Shown here piece after piece: positions 1 to 12,062 of a stretch of 64,000 bases of DNA (within the stretch, counting starts at the first letter, position 1; the number at the start of each line of letters is the position of its first letter). Source of the stretch: Malacoraja senta (lineage: Eukaryota); contig CM075987.1 of assembly GCA_038087875.1 (NCBI GenBank), positions 17,300,001-17,364,000 on the forward strand, in the 5' to 3' direction. A model generated the notes under the pieces. That model did no database searches. It was not told the DNA's origin and was given only the letters and a program-made list of their open reading frames with translations. A program made the position numbers and the translations under genes.

Positions 1-410
1 TGGTCTGGGGTAGGGGGTGTCTGGTCTGGGGGGGGTCTGGTCTGGGGGAGGGGGGGTGTCTGGTCGGGGGAGGGGGGTGTCTGGTCTGGGGTAGGGGGGT
101 GTCTGGTCTGGGGGGGGTCTGGTCTGGGGGAGGGGGGGTGTCTGGTCTGGGGAGGGGGGGGTGTCTGGTCTGGGGTAGGGGGTGTCTGGTCTGGGGTAGG
201 GGGTGTCTGGTCTGGGGTAGGGGGTGTCTGGTCTGGGGGAGGGGTTTGTCTGGTCTGGGGAGGGGGGTGTCTGGTCTGGGGGAGGGGGGTGTCTGGTCTG
301 GGGGGGGTGTCTGGTCTGAGGGAGGGTGTCTGGTCTGGGGGAGGGGGGGTGTCTGGTCTGGGGGAGGGGGGTGTCTGGTCTGGGGGGGTGTCTGGGGGGG
401 GGGGGGCGCG
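1..410. repeat. G-rich ~21-bp minisatellite (GGGGGTGTCTGGTCTGGGGTA-like), lying in intron 1 of the minus-strand gene
   Basis: Tandem copies of GTGTCTGGTCTG separated by variable G-runs, read directly. Confidence 0.9.
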
Positions 411-443
411 TCTGGTGGTCGCCCAACCCAGGCGACGCCTCAC

Positions 444-573
444 CTGCCGGCAGGCGGTGTCCGGGCCCGGAGAGACACTGCGCTCCGCCCCGAGGGTCGG
501 GAGCGGCCGCCATCAGCGCAGTGAGGAGGCAGCCGCCGATGGCGATGATGAGCCGGGCGCCGGGAGCGTCCAT
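444..573 (-). CDS. First coding exon of an unidentified secreted or membrane protein: MDAPGARLIIAIGGCLLTALMAAAPDPRGGAQCLSGPGHRLPA(G)
   Basis: Minus strand has GCCGCCATGG (ATG at 573-571) and 43 open codons with a hydrophobic core LIIAIGGCLLTALM. These end at a CAG|GTGAG donor (444/443, phase 1). The exon lies in a CpG island. Confidence 0.75.
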
Positions 574-765
574 GGCGGCGCCGGGTGGGGGTGGGGGTGG
601 GGGGGGGAGGGGGCGCGCGCCCAACCGCCAGCGCGATTCAAACGGCGGCTGCGCGGCCTCGCGCTCCCCCTCCCGCCGCGCGCACGCGCAGTGGTCCCCG
701 CCCGCCGCCGCGCGCACGCGCAGTAGTCGCCGCCCGCGGGAGCGCGCCCCTGCGCCAGCATTTTT
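574..765 (-). promoter_or_regulatory. CpG-island promoter with two NRF1 sites and a GC box
   Basis: CGCGCACGCGCA at 679-690 and 711-722 matches the NRF1 consensus YGCGCAYGCGCR. CCCCGCCC at 696-703. Very high CpG density upstream of the Kozak ATG. Confidence 0.7.
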
Positions 766-777
766 GCGTCCATCTTC

Positions 778-986
778 GGTGTACAAAAGGGACAGGTTGC
801 AGGGGGGGGGGGGGTCTGCATTCTGGCGGGCAGCTTTGCCACTGCTTCACGGGTGGATTTAAACTAAATAGTGGGGTGGGAAACATTGGAAATAGAAGGA
901 TGGAGTTAAAGGGAAAGAGAATTTAGAAAAAGTTAAGAAAGATACCAGAAATAACGGGGCAGTATATATGAATTCACGAAGTTAAT
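778..986 (+). mobile_element. CR1 LINE fragment (ORF1 end / APE start), continued at 5850-5915 after the Gypsy insertion
   Basis: Similar to the reverse complement of 25620-25720. YMNSRS at ~965-981 joins MNTVDELKAQLEIGKYDVVG at 5853+. Confidence 0.7.
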
Positions 987-1219
987 TGTAGATTGGTTAT
1001 GCATGTGATGTCAACCAATCATATATATGTTAGCATCACTAACCCCACCCCACTGTAACGTTTATACTAACATTTCCGGCACTGCTCAGTTCGAGCAGCA
1101 GTTAGGATGTTCTGACAACTAACCATCCTCTATGCTGTTAAAGTTACTATGCTGATTAAAGATGACTTTGGATCATATAGTGTGTGTCACCCATATCTAC
1201 ATGGTCTCAGAAGTGGGAT
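987..1219 (+). repeat. 5' LTR (987-1201, 215 bp) and tRNA-Leu primer-binding site (1202-1219)
   Basis: 1045-1201 is repeated at 5298-5366 plus 5761-5849. TGGTCTCAGAAGTGGGAT is one mismatch from the tRNA-Leu(CAA) PBS TGGTGTCAGAAGTGGGAT. Confidence 0.85.
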
Positions 1220-1543
1220 GACCCACTTCCTCCTGTATATCGTTTTTTATTTTCTTTTGTGAGTTTTCTTTTGTTTTATGATGGCTTCCTCTTGTCGAAA
1301 GCCTGCTCCGCTTGTCTTTGACGCAGACATCGGTGAACGTTGGGCAACGTTTGAAATTGATTACTGACACTACATGAACATCGCACACCGAAATGAAATA
1401 GACGCTGTCAAAGCCTCCCTTCTACTTAACCTCGCGGGTCCAGATGCCCTTCGACGACCCAGAACATTCCGCTATGCTCCGCTGTCCTCGATGCCAACAA
1501 CCTGGTAATAACCCCAGCTGAATCTGCTGACGACCCCAATGTT

Positions 1544-4500
1544 TTGCTACGTAAACTTAGCCAGATCTGTGACCTGCCCTCCAATCACATTTTAGACAGG
1601 GCAAGGTTCTTCTCTCGTCAACAGCTCCCTGGCGAACGAGTAGAGTTGTTTATCTCAGATTTGATGTATATGGCCCAGCGCTGCCGATTCGAGAATATGA
1701 CTGACCAGTTAACGAGGGACATTTTAGTGACTGGTATGAGCGACCAAAAGCTCAGATCTGAACTTCTGCATAAGCCAGATTTAACCCTTGACGAAGCTGC
1801 TCATGCTTGCCGAACAGCAGAATTTATTGAACCACTAGACAGTCCACACGGAACCCAAACCAAATCCATTAATCAGACAGGCCTCACCAGGCAGCGAGCA
1901 AAGACAGATAACAGGCGATTTATGACCCAAGCAAGCCAGGCAGTTTACAGCGAGCCTCCTAAAAAGTGTTCCAATTGCAATTACTTGCACCAGAGGCAAT
2001 CACCTTGTCCTGCATACGGAAAGGCCTGCAATTATTGTAAAAAGTTAAACCATTTCGCAGCCGCCCGTCGGGCCCGTGGGAAGAAATCACCCAGTTCCAG
2101 GCCTAATCTCAACTTCTTGCAACGAGACAATAACAGTCTCATTCCTCCATACCAGCTTGAATCCTCCCCCGATCACAGTCCAATTAATTCGCAAGAAGAT
2201 CCAACTGTTTACTCATTACTGCATGCTGTTGGCAAGAATTCCGATCCTACAGTACTGGTATCTGTTAACAATGTCGGTTTTGCAGCAAAATTAGATACAG
2301 GTGCAAAGGTCAATACAATGTCAATCAACCTCTACATCAAGATAAAAATTAACGAGCCGCTGATCAAGGACAGCTCCACTCTGCATGCTTACGGAGGGGA
2401 GGTGCTGGTTCCACTGGGTAGAACCACTTTAAAATGTGTGCTGGAAAAGACCACAAGGAATCTGACCTTCTATGTTTTGAATTTCAATTCTGTGACTGCT
2501 GGGCAACCGTGCTTGCCAGGAACTGGGGCTGATTTCATTTGATAAAATGGTCCATAAGCTGCTGATGTCGATGGACCCGCTTACAGAATACCCTGATTTG
2601 TTCGATAACAAACTTGGCAAGCTGCCTGTGACCTACAAGATTTCTACTGACCCCAACGTGCAACCTGTCGTCCGGGTGTCACACCGTTTGTCATTTGCCA
2701 TGAAGGACAGGGTTCAATCTGAGCTGAAAAACTGTCTCCTTGGGCGTGATTGAAGCAGTCAGCGACCCCACCGACTGGGTCTCAACCATGGTTGCCACCT
2801 TCAAGAAGGACAAAAATCAGATCCGTCTGTGCATCAACCCGAAAGACCTCAACATTGCCATCAGGTGCCCCCACCATCCTATGAAGACCGTCGAGGATGT
2901 TGCAGCAAAGGTTGGACTAGCCACCCTATTTTCCGTCCTTGATGCAAAGAACTCTTTCTGGCAGATACCGTTGGACAAAAGGTCTTCAAACCTCACCACA
3001 TTTGCCACTCCATTTGGCAGATACAAGTTTCTGAGAATGCCATTCGGAATCAACTCCGCCAGTGAGGTTTTCCAGAGAACCATGGAGCAATTCTTCCAGG
3101 ACTTACCTTGTGCCATTATTGTCGACGACTTCCTGATGTACGGCAAAGATGCGACGGAGCACGATCACAACCTCAGGCTTGTCATGGAGTGTGCACGCAA
3201 GATCAACCTCAAGTTCAATCGAAACAAATGCAAGTTCAGGGTTTCAGAGGTCCCCTATGTCGGCCACGTTTTCACTCCCGACGGCCTCAACCCTGATCCG
3301 AAGAAAGCTGCTGCCAATACAGAAATGCCTGCCCCCAAAGACGTGCACGGCCTGCAACGTTTCCTGGCCATGGTAAACTATCTCAGTAAGTTCATACCGA
3401 ATCTCAGCAAACTAAGCTCCCCTCTATGTCAGCTGACTAAAAAGGACACTGCCTGGTCATGGTTCCAGCAACATCAGATTGCATTTGACGCTTTAAAATC
3501 TAAACTGACCAGTGCACCAACCCTGACGTTTTTCAATCTGAAACGTCCGGTGACGATCACCTGCGATGCCTCGCGATTCGGGCTCGGCGCAGCCTGCCTA
3601 CAACCATCTGCCGATGGCACCCTACTACCTGTCTCGTATGCCTTCCGCACCATGACGGACACGGAACAGCGCTACGCGCAGATCGAGAAGGAACTGCTGG
3701 CTGTCGTCTTTGCCTGCTCCAAATTCAATGACTTTATCTTTGGGAACATCTTCACGGTCGAGACAGACCACCAGCCACTGGTAACAATTCTGAACAAGCC
3801 CATCCACGCCGCACCAGCTCGCCTGCAGCGCATGATGATGCAGCTGCAGCGCTTCGACTTCATTATTACCTACAAAAAGGGTAAGGACATGCACGTTGCG
3901 GACACTCTCTCTCGTGCACCTCGGGCGTCTTGCGAACAACATCCCTACGAACAGGAAGATTTTACGGTCCTCGGCGTCGACTTTGTCTCGACTAAGCAAC
4001 TGCGCAGTTTGGCCGAACACACTGCCACCGACGACACTCTCCAGATACTCTCATCAGTCATCAAAAAAGGCTGGCCAGACAAACAATCCAGTGCACCAAC
4101 AAGAGGCGCAGCCGTTCTTCCTAGTACGAGGTGAACTGGTAATTCAGGATGGTGTCATAGTTAAGGGCCACAAGGTAGTCATCCCCTCATCACTACGCGA
4201 TGAATACTACAAAGAGGCACACAGCGGATACCCAGGAGCCGATGCCACACTGGCACGCGCTCATAGTCTGTTCTACTGGCCGGGGATGGCCAAGTACATA
4301 TGGGACCGCACAGCCTCCTGCCCCACCTGCAACAGTCTCGCACCACACCAGCAGAGGCAGCCCCTCCTGCAACAACCTCCACCAGCCCTGGCCTGGACGT
4401 CGGTGGCGGCAGACATTTTCGAATGGTGCAGAAAGCACTACCTCGTTCCAGTTAACTCCTTTTCTAACTGGTTTGAACTCGACCCGCTGACCTCCCTCAC

Positions 4501-5095
4501 ATCCGAGATGGTCATCCGGAAACTAAAGAGACACTTCTCCACTTTCGGGTCACCCGTTCGCTTGCAAACCGACAACGGTAGACAGTTCACCAGCCATGTG
4601 TTCAAGCTTTTCGCAGACCGATGGAACTTCCAACACATCACGAGCAGCCCCGAGTATCCACAGAGTAATGGACTTGCTGAGCGATCCGTCAGAAGCGCCA
4701 AGCAACTGTAAGAGCGAGCGCGCCTTTCAAACTCGGACGTGTATCTCGATCTCTTGAATCTCAGAAACATTGCCAGAGACGGAACCCTGGGGTTACCAGC
4801 CCAGCGACTTATGTCAAGATCTACAAGACCCCCGGTTCCGATCGCACAACAACAGCTGGTCCCTCGGGTGCTGAAGCCTGCCACTGTCCAGAAACGTATC
4901 CAGGAGAAGCATGACATCCAGAAACGTTCATATGACAGATCCAGCAACCCACTAAAGCCTCTACTGCCGGGCCAGGTCGTTCGTTTACAAACTTCCGTGC
5001 GACACTCCTGCCTGGGTACTGTTGTCGACCTGGCTGACGAACCACGATCTTACCTGGTGGACTGCGAGGGGGCGGTATACCGGAGAAGTCGATAA
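1544..5095 (+). pseudogene. Gypsy gag-pol, broken by stops and frameshifts
   Basis: Zn knuckles CSNC..H..CPAYGKACNYCKKLNH; protease LDTGA; RT YKFLRMPFG and IIVDD; RNase H CDAS, YAQIEKELLA and TDHQPL; integrase TDNGRQF and PQSNGLAERSV. Confidence 0.9.
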
Positions 5096-5366
5096 CACTT
5101 GCTTGCTGTACAGGAACCTCGTCCACCACCAGCCGGACCCTATGCTCCACCGCTCCAGTTCCAGCCCCCTGTTGCCATGTCTCCTACCCATCCCCGCATG
5201 CCTTACTCCCCTCCACGTCCCGCGGTCGTGACTAACCACGGGGCCTCCCCTCCTGTATGTTTCCCTTTTCGGTCACCACAAGTCTCTCCCGTGCCGTCCC
5301 ACCCCACTGTAACATTTATACTAACACTTCCGGCACTGCTCAGTTCGAGCAGCAGTTAGGATGTTC

Positions 5367-5749
5367 TTTTTTTTTAAAATTTTTATTTATTAGAAGTACA
5401 TTACATTACAACCACATACATTAATACTCGTCATTTATATCTTCTTACAATTAATGTACTCCCTTTATTTATTTTTTTACACTAGAGAAAGAAAAGATTG
5501 AAAGAGAGAAGAAAGTGAAGGAAAAAGTGCAAGTGTAGAAAAGTGTAGAAAATGTAACAACAAAAAAGGACGAAGACCCTATAAGAGCGAAATTAAAAAC
5601 AAAAAGAAAAAGAGTTAAGAAATAGGCCCTAAGAAAAGAAAAGAGAAAGAGAAAAAAAGAGAAACAAATGTTGTTGTTTTTTTGAGCATCACGTAAATAG
5701 GACATACCAACTCTTCAACTATCATCCCCCCTTACCCGACCTCAATTTT
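5367..5749 (-). mobile_element. 5'-truncated L1 3'UTR inserted in the Gypsy 3' LTR
   Basis: Reverse complement of ~38187-38560. Poly(T) at the left end. TSD TTAGGATGTTC at 5356-5366 and 5750-5760. Confidence 0.9.
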
Positions 5750-7546
5750 TTAGGATGTTCTGACAAATAACCATCCTCTATGATGTTAAAGTTACTATGC
5801 TGATTAAAGATGACTTTGGATCATATAGTGTGTGCCACCCATATCTACATTAATGAATACAGTGGATGAGCTTAAGGCTCAGTTAGAAATTGGCAAGTAT
5901 GATGTTGTGGGAATGGGGGTCAAGGAAAGAGAATTCACGTCGTGGCCCTGTTTCCACCAACTTTTCCACCACCACGCACAAGAAACGACAAGACAGACGC
6001 CAGTATGCAGATGCTGAGAAGTATGTTCAGCTCTGGTTGAACAATTTCTAATCTTGTGTGAGGACTCGATAATAAGAAGATGTTGTGGGAATAAGCGAGT
6101 TCGGTATCTCGATAAACGCAAGGAATCATGGCATTTGTCAAAGGTCATTCGGGATTAAAAAAACGAACGCAGCGCTGTATAAACTGTGTATAAATTGTTA
6201 ACTATTCTACCAATGACTTACACAGTCACAGTTCTAGTTCAGTTCATTCATCAGCAATCATGAGATATTCAAAAAGTTAAAGAATTTATTATTTTAATTT
6301 AATGTGTTTGCTACTGGAAAATATTAGTTTGTTTGAAATGTTTTCTTATCTTTATTCATAATTATTGTGTAAAAACACATTTAATCTGAGGCAGGCAGTG
6401 ACTGTATCAGTGTGATGTTGGCTTATGCTTTACAATAGACAATAGGTGCAGGAATAGGACATTCAGCCCTTCGAACCATCACCGGCATTCAATGTGATCA
6501 TGGCTGATCATCCACAATCAGTACCCCGTTCCTGCCTTCTCCCCATATCCCTTGACTCCGCTATCTTTAAGAGCTCTATCTAACTCTCTCTTGAAAGCAT
6601 CCTGAGAACCGGCCTCCACCGCACTCTGAAGCAGAGAATTCCACAGAGTATTTCCTCATCTCCGTTCTAAATAGCTTACCCCTTGTTTTTAAACTGTGGC
6701 CCCTTGTTTTGGACTCCCCCAACATCGGGAACATGTTTCCTGCCTCTAGCGTGTCCAAACCCTTAATAATCTTACATGTATCAATAAGATTCCCTCTCAT
6801 CCTTCTAAATTCCAGAGTATACAAGCCCAGCTACTGCATTCTATCAACATATGGCAGTCCCGCCATCCCGGGAATTAACCTTGTGAAGCTACGCTGCACT
6901 CCCTCAAAAGCAAGAATGTCCTTACTCAAATTTAGAGACCAAAACTGCACACAATACTCCAGGTGTGCTCTCACTTGGGCCCTCTTTTACTGCAGAAGGA
7001 CCTCTTTGGTCCTGCACTCAACTCCTCTTGTTATGAAGGCCAACATGCCATTTGCTTTCTTCACTGCCTGCTGTACCTGCATGCTTATTTCAGTGACCGA
7101 TGAACAAGGACCCTCAGATCCCGTTGTACTTCCCCTTTTCCCAATTTGACACAATTTAGATAATAATCGGCCTTCCTTTGCCACCAAAGTAGATAACCTC
7201 ACATTTATCCACATTAAATTACATCTGCCATGCATCTGTCCACTCACCCAACCAGTCCAAGTCACCCTGCATCCTCATAGCATTCTCCTCACAGTTCACA
7301 CTGCCACCCAGCTTTGTGTCATCTGCAAATTTGCTAATGTTACTTTTAATCCCTTCTTCTAAATCATGAATATATATTGTAAATAGCTGCGGTCCCACCA
7401 CCGAGCCTTGCGGTACACCACTAGTCACAGCCTGCCATTCTGAAAGGGACCCGTTAATCCCTACTCTTTGTTTCCTGTCTGCCAACCAATTTTCTATCCA
7501 TGTCAGCACTCTACCCCCAATACCATGTGCTCTAATTTTGCCCACT

Positions 7547-9603
7547 CTGAATTAATTTTATTGCAGGTTTGAAAATCAGAAACGTAACCCTGGTACCTCC
7601 TCCCCAACCAATACAGCCAGATCCCAGTCTGCATAAAATGGACTCTGCACCCTCTCCTTCCCATTCACTACTTCACACCTACTTATGGCAAGACTCCAGT
7701 ATGAAAAGACTGGACCATTTCCCACCCCAACCAACACTTCACACCCACTCACAGCTTGACCTCATCCTGCAAAGACAAGGCCCTTCTATACCCACCCCCC
7801 TTCAATCACCACTTCACACCCAATTACCCACACCCTCCTTGCTAAACAACATCACTTCATCAACAATAAAAATAGAGGAGGTGGAGAGGCTTTTCAGAAG
7901 ACAGAAAAGCCGGAAATCTCCAGGACCTGACAATATTTCCCCCTCTAACCTCAAGCTCTGTGCCAAACAACTGGCACCGGTCTATACAGACATTTTTAAC
8001 CAGTCCCTGCAAACATGTACTGTCCCTGCCTGCTTCAAAGTCTCCACTATTGTCCCTGTACCCAAAAAGGCAAAGATTACTTGCCTTAATGACTACAGGC
8101 CTGTCGCACTGACCTCTGTAGTCATGAAGACACTTGAAAGGCTTGTGCTGGCCAAGCTGAAAAATATCACGATCCCCCTGCTGGACCCTATGCAGTTTGC
8201 ATATCGGGCCAACAGATCTGTGGCTGAAGTCTGAAGAAGGGTTTCGGCCCGAAACGTTACCTATTTCCTTCGCTCCATAGATGCTGCTGCACCCGCTGAG
8301 TTTCTCCAGCATTTTTGTGTACCTTCGATTTTCCAGCATCTGCAGTTCCTTCTTTAACACAGATCTGTGGATGACGCAGTCAACCTGGGCCTGCACTTCA
8401 TCCTACAGCACCTAGACCGCTAGGGGAGCTTTGCGAGGATCCTGTTTGTTGATTTTAGCTCTGCAATCCACACCATTGTGCCAGAGCTATTACAATCCAA
8501 ACTTTCCGAGTTGACTGTGCCTGAATTCCTCTGTCAGTGGATCACCAGCTTCCTGACAGACAGGAAGCAGCATGTGAGGCTGGGAAAGCACATCTCGGAC
8601 CCGCAAACCCTCAGCATAGGAGCACCACAAGGCTGCATACTCTCCCCTCTCCTCTACTCTTTCTACACCAATGACTGCACATCCACAGACACCTCTGTCA
8701 AGTTTCTCAAGTTTACGGATGACACAACCCTGATTGGACTGATCCAGGATGGGGAGGAATCTGCCTGTAGACAGGAAGTGTTACAGCTGGAGTCCTGGTG
8801 CCATCGCAGCAACCTAGAGCTCAATGCTCTTAAGACAGTGGAATTGATTGTAGACTTTAGGAGAGCTCCCCATCCCCTCACCCCACCCACCATCAACAAC
8901 ACCACAGTCACATCTGTGGAGTCTTTTAAGTTCCTGGGAACCATCATCTCCAAGGACCTTAAGTGGGGGGCTACCATCGACTCCACAGTCAAAAAGGCAC
9001 AAAAGAGGATGTACTTCCTACGGCAGCTGAGGAAGCACAATCTGCCACAGGCAATGATAGTCCAATTCTATACGGCCATTGTAGAGTCTGTCCTCACCTT
9101 CTCCATCATGGTCTGGTTTGGCTCAGCCACCAAGCACGACACCTGGAGGCTGCAGCGAATCGTCTGATCAGCTGAGAAGGTTATTGGCTGCAACCTTCCC
9201 TCCATTCATGAACTGTACACTGCAAGGGCCAGGAAGTGAGCAGGCAAGATCATCTCTGACCCCTCTCACCCTGGCCACAAACTCTTTGAATCACTTCCCT
9301 CTAGAAGGCGACTCCGGACTGTCAAAGCTGCCATAGCCAGACACAAAAACAGTTTTTATCCACGAGTAGTTGCTCTACTCAACAGCCAAAAATCTGTAGC
9401 CTCCCTTTGATCTGGTATTTTATTGGTTCACATGCTTGATCAATGGTGTTTTATCATTAATGTTTTATTATTATTAATGTTTAGTGTTTTCTGAGTCATT
9501 CGTAACTGTCACTGTATGTCATGTTGTTACTTGTGGGCGGAGCACCAAGGCAAATTCCTTGTATGTGAATACTTAGCCAATAAACTTACTTACTTACTTA
9601 CTT
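7547..9603 (+). mobile_element. Rex1/Babar-type LINE, 5'-truncated
   Basis: [27 protein letters not shown] and KFTDDTT motifs. 3' end AATAAA(CTTA)n. Confidence 0.85.
8224..8358 (+). mobile_element. 135-bp Penelope-derived mini-insert with a hammerhead-core motif
   Basis: TSD ACAGATCTGTGG at 8212-8223 and 8359-8370. CTGAAGA-AGGGTTTCGGCCC-GAAACGTT at 8231-8258. Confidence 0.75.
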
Positions 9604-10829
9604 AATCTCCCAAGTGGGACCTTATGAAATGCTTTCTGAAAGTGCAGGTACACTACATCCACTGGCTCTCTCTTGTCCATTTTCCCAGTTACATCCTCCA
9701 AAAATTCTAGAAGATTAGCCAAGCAAGATTTCCCCTTTGTAAATCCATGTGGACTCAGACTGATCCTGTCACTGTTATCCAAATGTGCGCTATTTCATCT
9801 TTTATAATTGACTCCAGCATCTTCCCCACCACCGATGTCAGGCTAACTGGTCTATAATACAGGCGGTGTGAATGTACCGTTAAGGCAAAGATTCATCTCC
9901 GTTGGCCCTGTGAAGGAGCTGCCAATCCGATATAAGACATTTAACTGTGAAATGCCTGCCCTTTAGTATTGGATAGATTGAGTGGAGGGTCTGTGCTGTT
10001 CCAAGTTTGTGGTGGTTGTGGTGCGTTTCCCCAGCCATCTCGCCCAGTGCACAGTTAGCAGTCACCAGCCCTTGTTAGCAGAGGCTCTTTCTGCAGGTGT
10101 TACCCGAAGCCCAAAGGTTTTGTGGAGGTTCTGTGTTAGGATCGGGCACCCAGCGAGCTAGCGAGAGGGCTGTCAGATCAGATCAGCCCAGGTTGCCGAG
10201 TGGCCGAAGGGCAGATTTTAATGAGTCATTATTAAACTGTTCTGTCTGTGCTGCATCGCCAGCTCTCTCTGTCTCCCAGATCCCCCACCCCAACTGTCGA
10301 CAAAGTCTGACTGAGAAAATGCTCCCACTCATATTACGGGTTGGCTCCACGTTTGCCCACTCACTGGGCGGGCAGCGCCTCCTTCAAAGAGAGCGAGAAC
10401 AGGTCCCGTCAGCTGGGGAACTGCGACTCACTCCTGAGTGAAGCCTCCAGTTTGGCTGCGGTTCAAATGGCTGCAAATTCTCATAATTATCACCGCCCGG
10501 TCACCCGGACCCGGCTCCCAACTTTGTGCCCTGACAGACTAGAACCAACCACAGAGGTTAAAGTGACAGCATCTTTATTTAGGCCAATCCACCTCGAACG
10601 TTTCACCAGCCTGTTTGAATCCAATCTGAACTTTCCAACCTACACCACACAGCACATTCTCCTCGTTTCCTTCAATCCAGGAAGGTTGTTTAGATAGGAA
10701 TGTAAGGACTGTCTCAAATTGGTTGACCACACAACTTGGAATTTAAATGGCTGTGACTCAGGCTAATGCCAGGGATTTGATAATTGACAGGTTCGTTCCA
10801 GGCATTCTTGCATTTTCAGGACTGGTGCT

Positions 10830-11043
10830 TGAGTCAATAATTTAAATAGATTCATTTGTGGATTTGTGCAGCCTGCAGTATGCTGTGGCCTACTGCAGAC
10901 ATATTTGATGGATACATTTATTTATAAATCTCATTGAAATGAATTTGCAGGTCCGTACACACACACACAGTAGCTCAGCTGCCGAGAATGTTTAGCTCGG
11001 CGATGACCCGTGACCTGGGCATGTGCAGTTGTAATACCGAACT
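10830..11043. repeat. ~210-bp dispersed repeat, second copy at ~34822-35027; unclassified
   Basis: Collinear similarity from GAGTCAATAAT to GTTGTAATACC(G/A)AACT in both places. Confidence 0.8.
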
Positions 11044-11169
11044 CACTTATTCCAACTTACTGCAGCTCCAGAGGCCTGTGTACACAATAACCCAGTGAAC
11101 AATGGGTAGGCCATATCAGGCAAGGGATCAAGTCCGATGTAAATCCACAGCCAGCAGTGGGGCCCAAGG

Positions 11170-11410
11170 TCAGTCCGAGGAGGTCTCCAGCTCCATCGAT
11201 GGTAGGCCGGAGAATGCGATCCGAAAATTAATCGCATCTCCGGCAAGGTAAGAAACTGAAAAAAAAGTTGCCCCCGACCCTTCTCCCTTCCCCCACATAA
11301 AACAAACCGGAGAACATTTACACAAACTTTTAACACACACTGAACATAAAAAAAAAACAAGGAAAAAAAACCAGACTGTTGGCGGGGCTGCCAATCGTAC
11401 GGCGCCCCTC
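11170..11410 (-). mobile_element. 5' part of the GC-rich non-autonomous SINE-like family (see 48035-48874)
   Basis: Head GGCGCCG..GGCAGCC.CGCCA.CAG, then a T-rich tract, a G-run and a hairpin, as at 31560-31780 and 48035-48260. Confidence 0.6.
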
Positions 11411-12062
11411 ACCATGTAAGTGAAGGCCGTGTTTCCCCCAGGTCCGCATTTGTGGCCACAACTCCCAAAGAAATGAAAGCAGCGATTCTCCTTGTTGCCC
11501 TCCCCCCCCCGCATTCCAGATAGTCGGTGACTCTACACGTCTGCAACGTACACTACATCCACAATCTGGAGACTATTCCTTCACTGTTTTGAATTCCCTA
11601 ACTGATTATAAAATGACCTAGGATTTATAAATCAAAACACAAAGTGATGGAGTAACAGAACGGGCCAGGCAACAGGTTGAGATAAGAAGGAAGGGCAGAT
11701 TCTGGTTTACACCAAAGATAGACACTAAGTGCTGGAGAACTCAGCGGGTCAGGCAGCATTTGCACAGATGATGTTTCGGGTCAAGACCCTACTTCTGCAT
11801 TTTAACAATGACATAATTGCTGATACCAAGAAGCGACTCTGTTTACTTGGTCTTGCAGAGAGAGGGATAAGGGAGAAGTTCTGGTTTTGCGTCTGGCAGG
11901 TGGGTTGCAGGGGGGGGGGGGGGGGGGCATTTTCACCCAGGTCTGTCTGTCTCCAGGTGAAGAGCTGAGGGTGAGAAAAGGCCAGGAGACCAGGATTAAT
12001 GAAATGACCTCAGACTGCACGCTGTCTGGCAGGTCCCATTGTTGGCTCAGGAAGGTGTGATC

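Larger units (their letters stand above)
987..5849 (+). mobile_element. Ty3/Gypsy LTR retrotransposon (Mag-like), decayed
   Basis: Termini TGTAGAT...ATCTACA. TSD TTAAT at 982-986 and 5850-5854. Domain order gag-PR-RT-RH-IN. Confidence 0.93.
6431..9857 (-). mobile_element. CR1 (HER1-like) LINE RT/3' end, split by a Rex1-type element (CR1 parts 6431-7546 and 9604-9857)
   Basis: [18 protein letters not shown] and HGFTKGKSCL motifs; (CTATTGT)n tail. CCCACT|AATCTCC rejoins across the insertion. Confidence 0.9.

Noticed and set aside
99..926. Gly/Arg-rich ORFs in the track
   Set aside because: They are translations of the G-rich minisatellite and CpG island; the supported coding signal is the short minus-strand exon 444-573.
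5920..6420. Possible coding fragment (KKRQDRRQYADAEKYVQLWLNNF)
   Set aside because: Short, with no recognisable motif or splice context; cannot be assigned.
9860..10830. Unique-looking stretch with 114-118 aa ORFs and an AP-1 site
   Set aside because: No recognisable domain or convincing exon; single short motifs are expected by chance.
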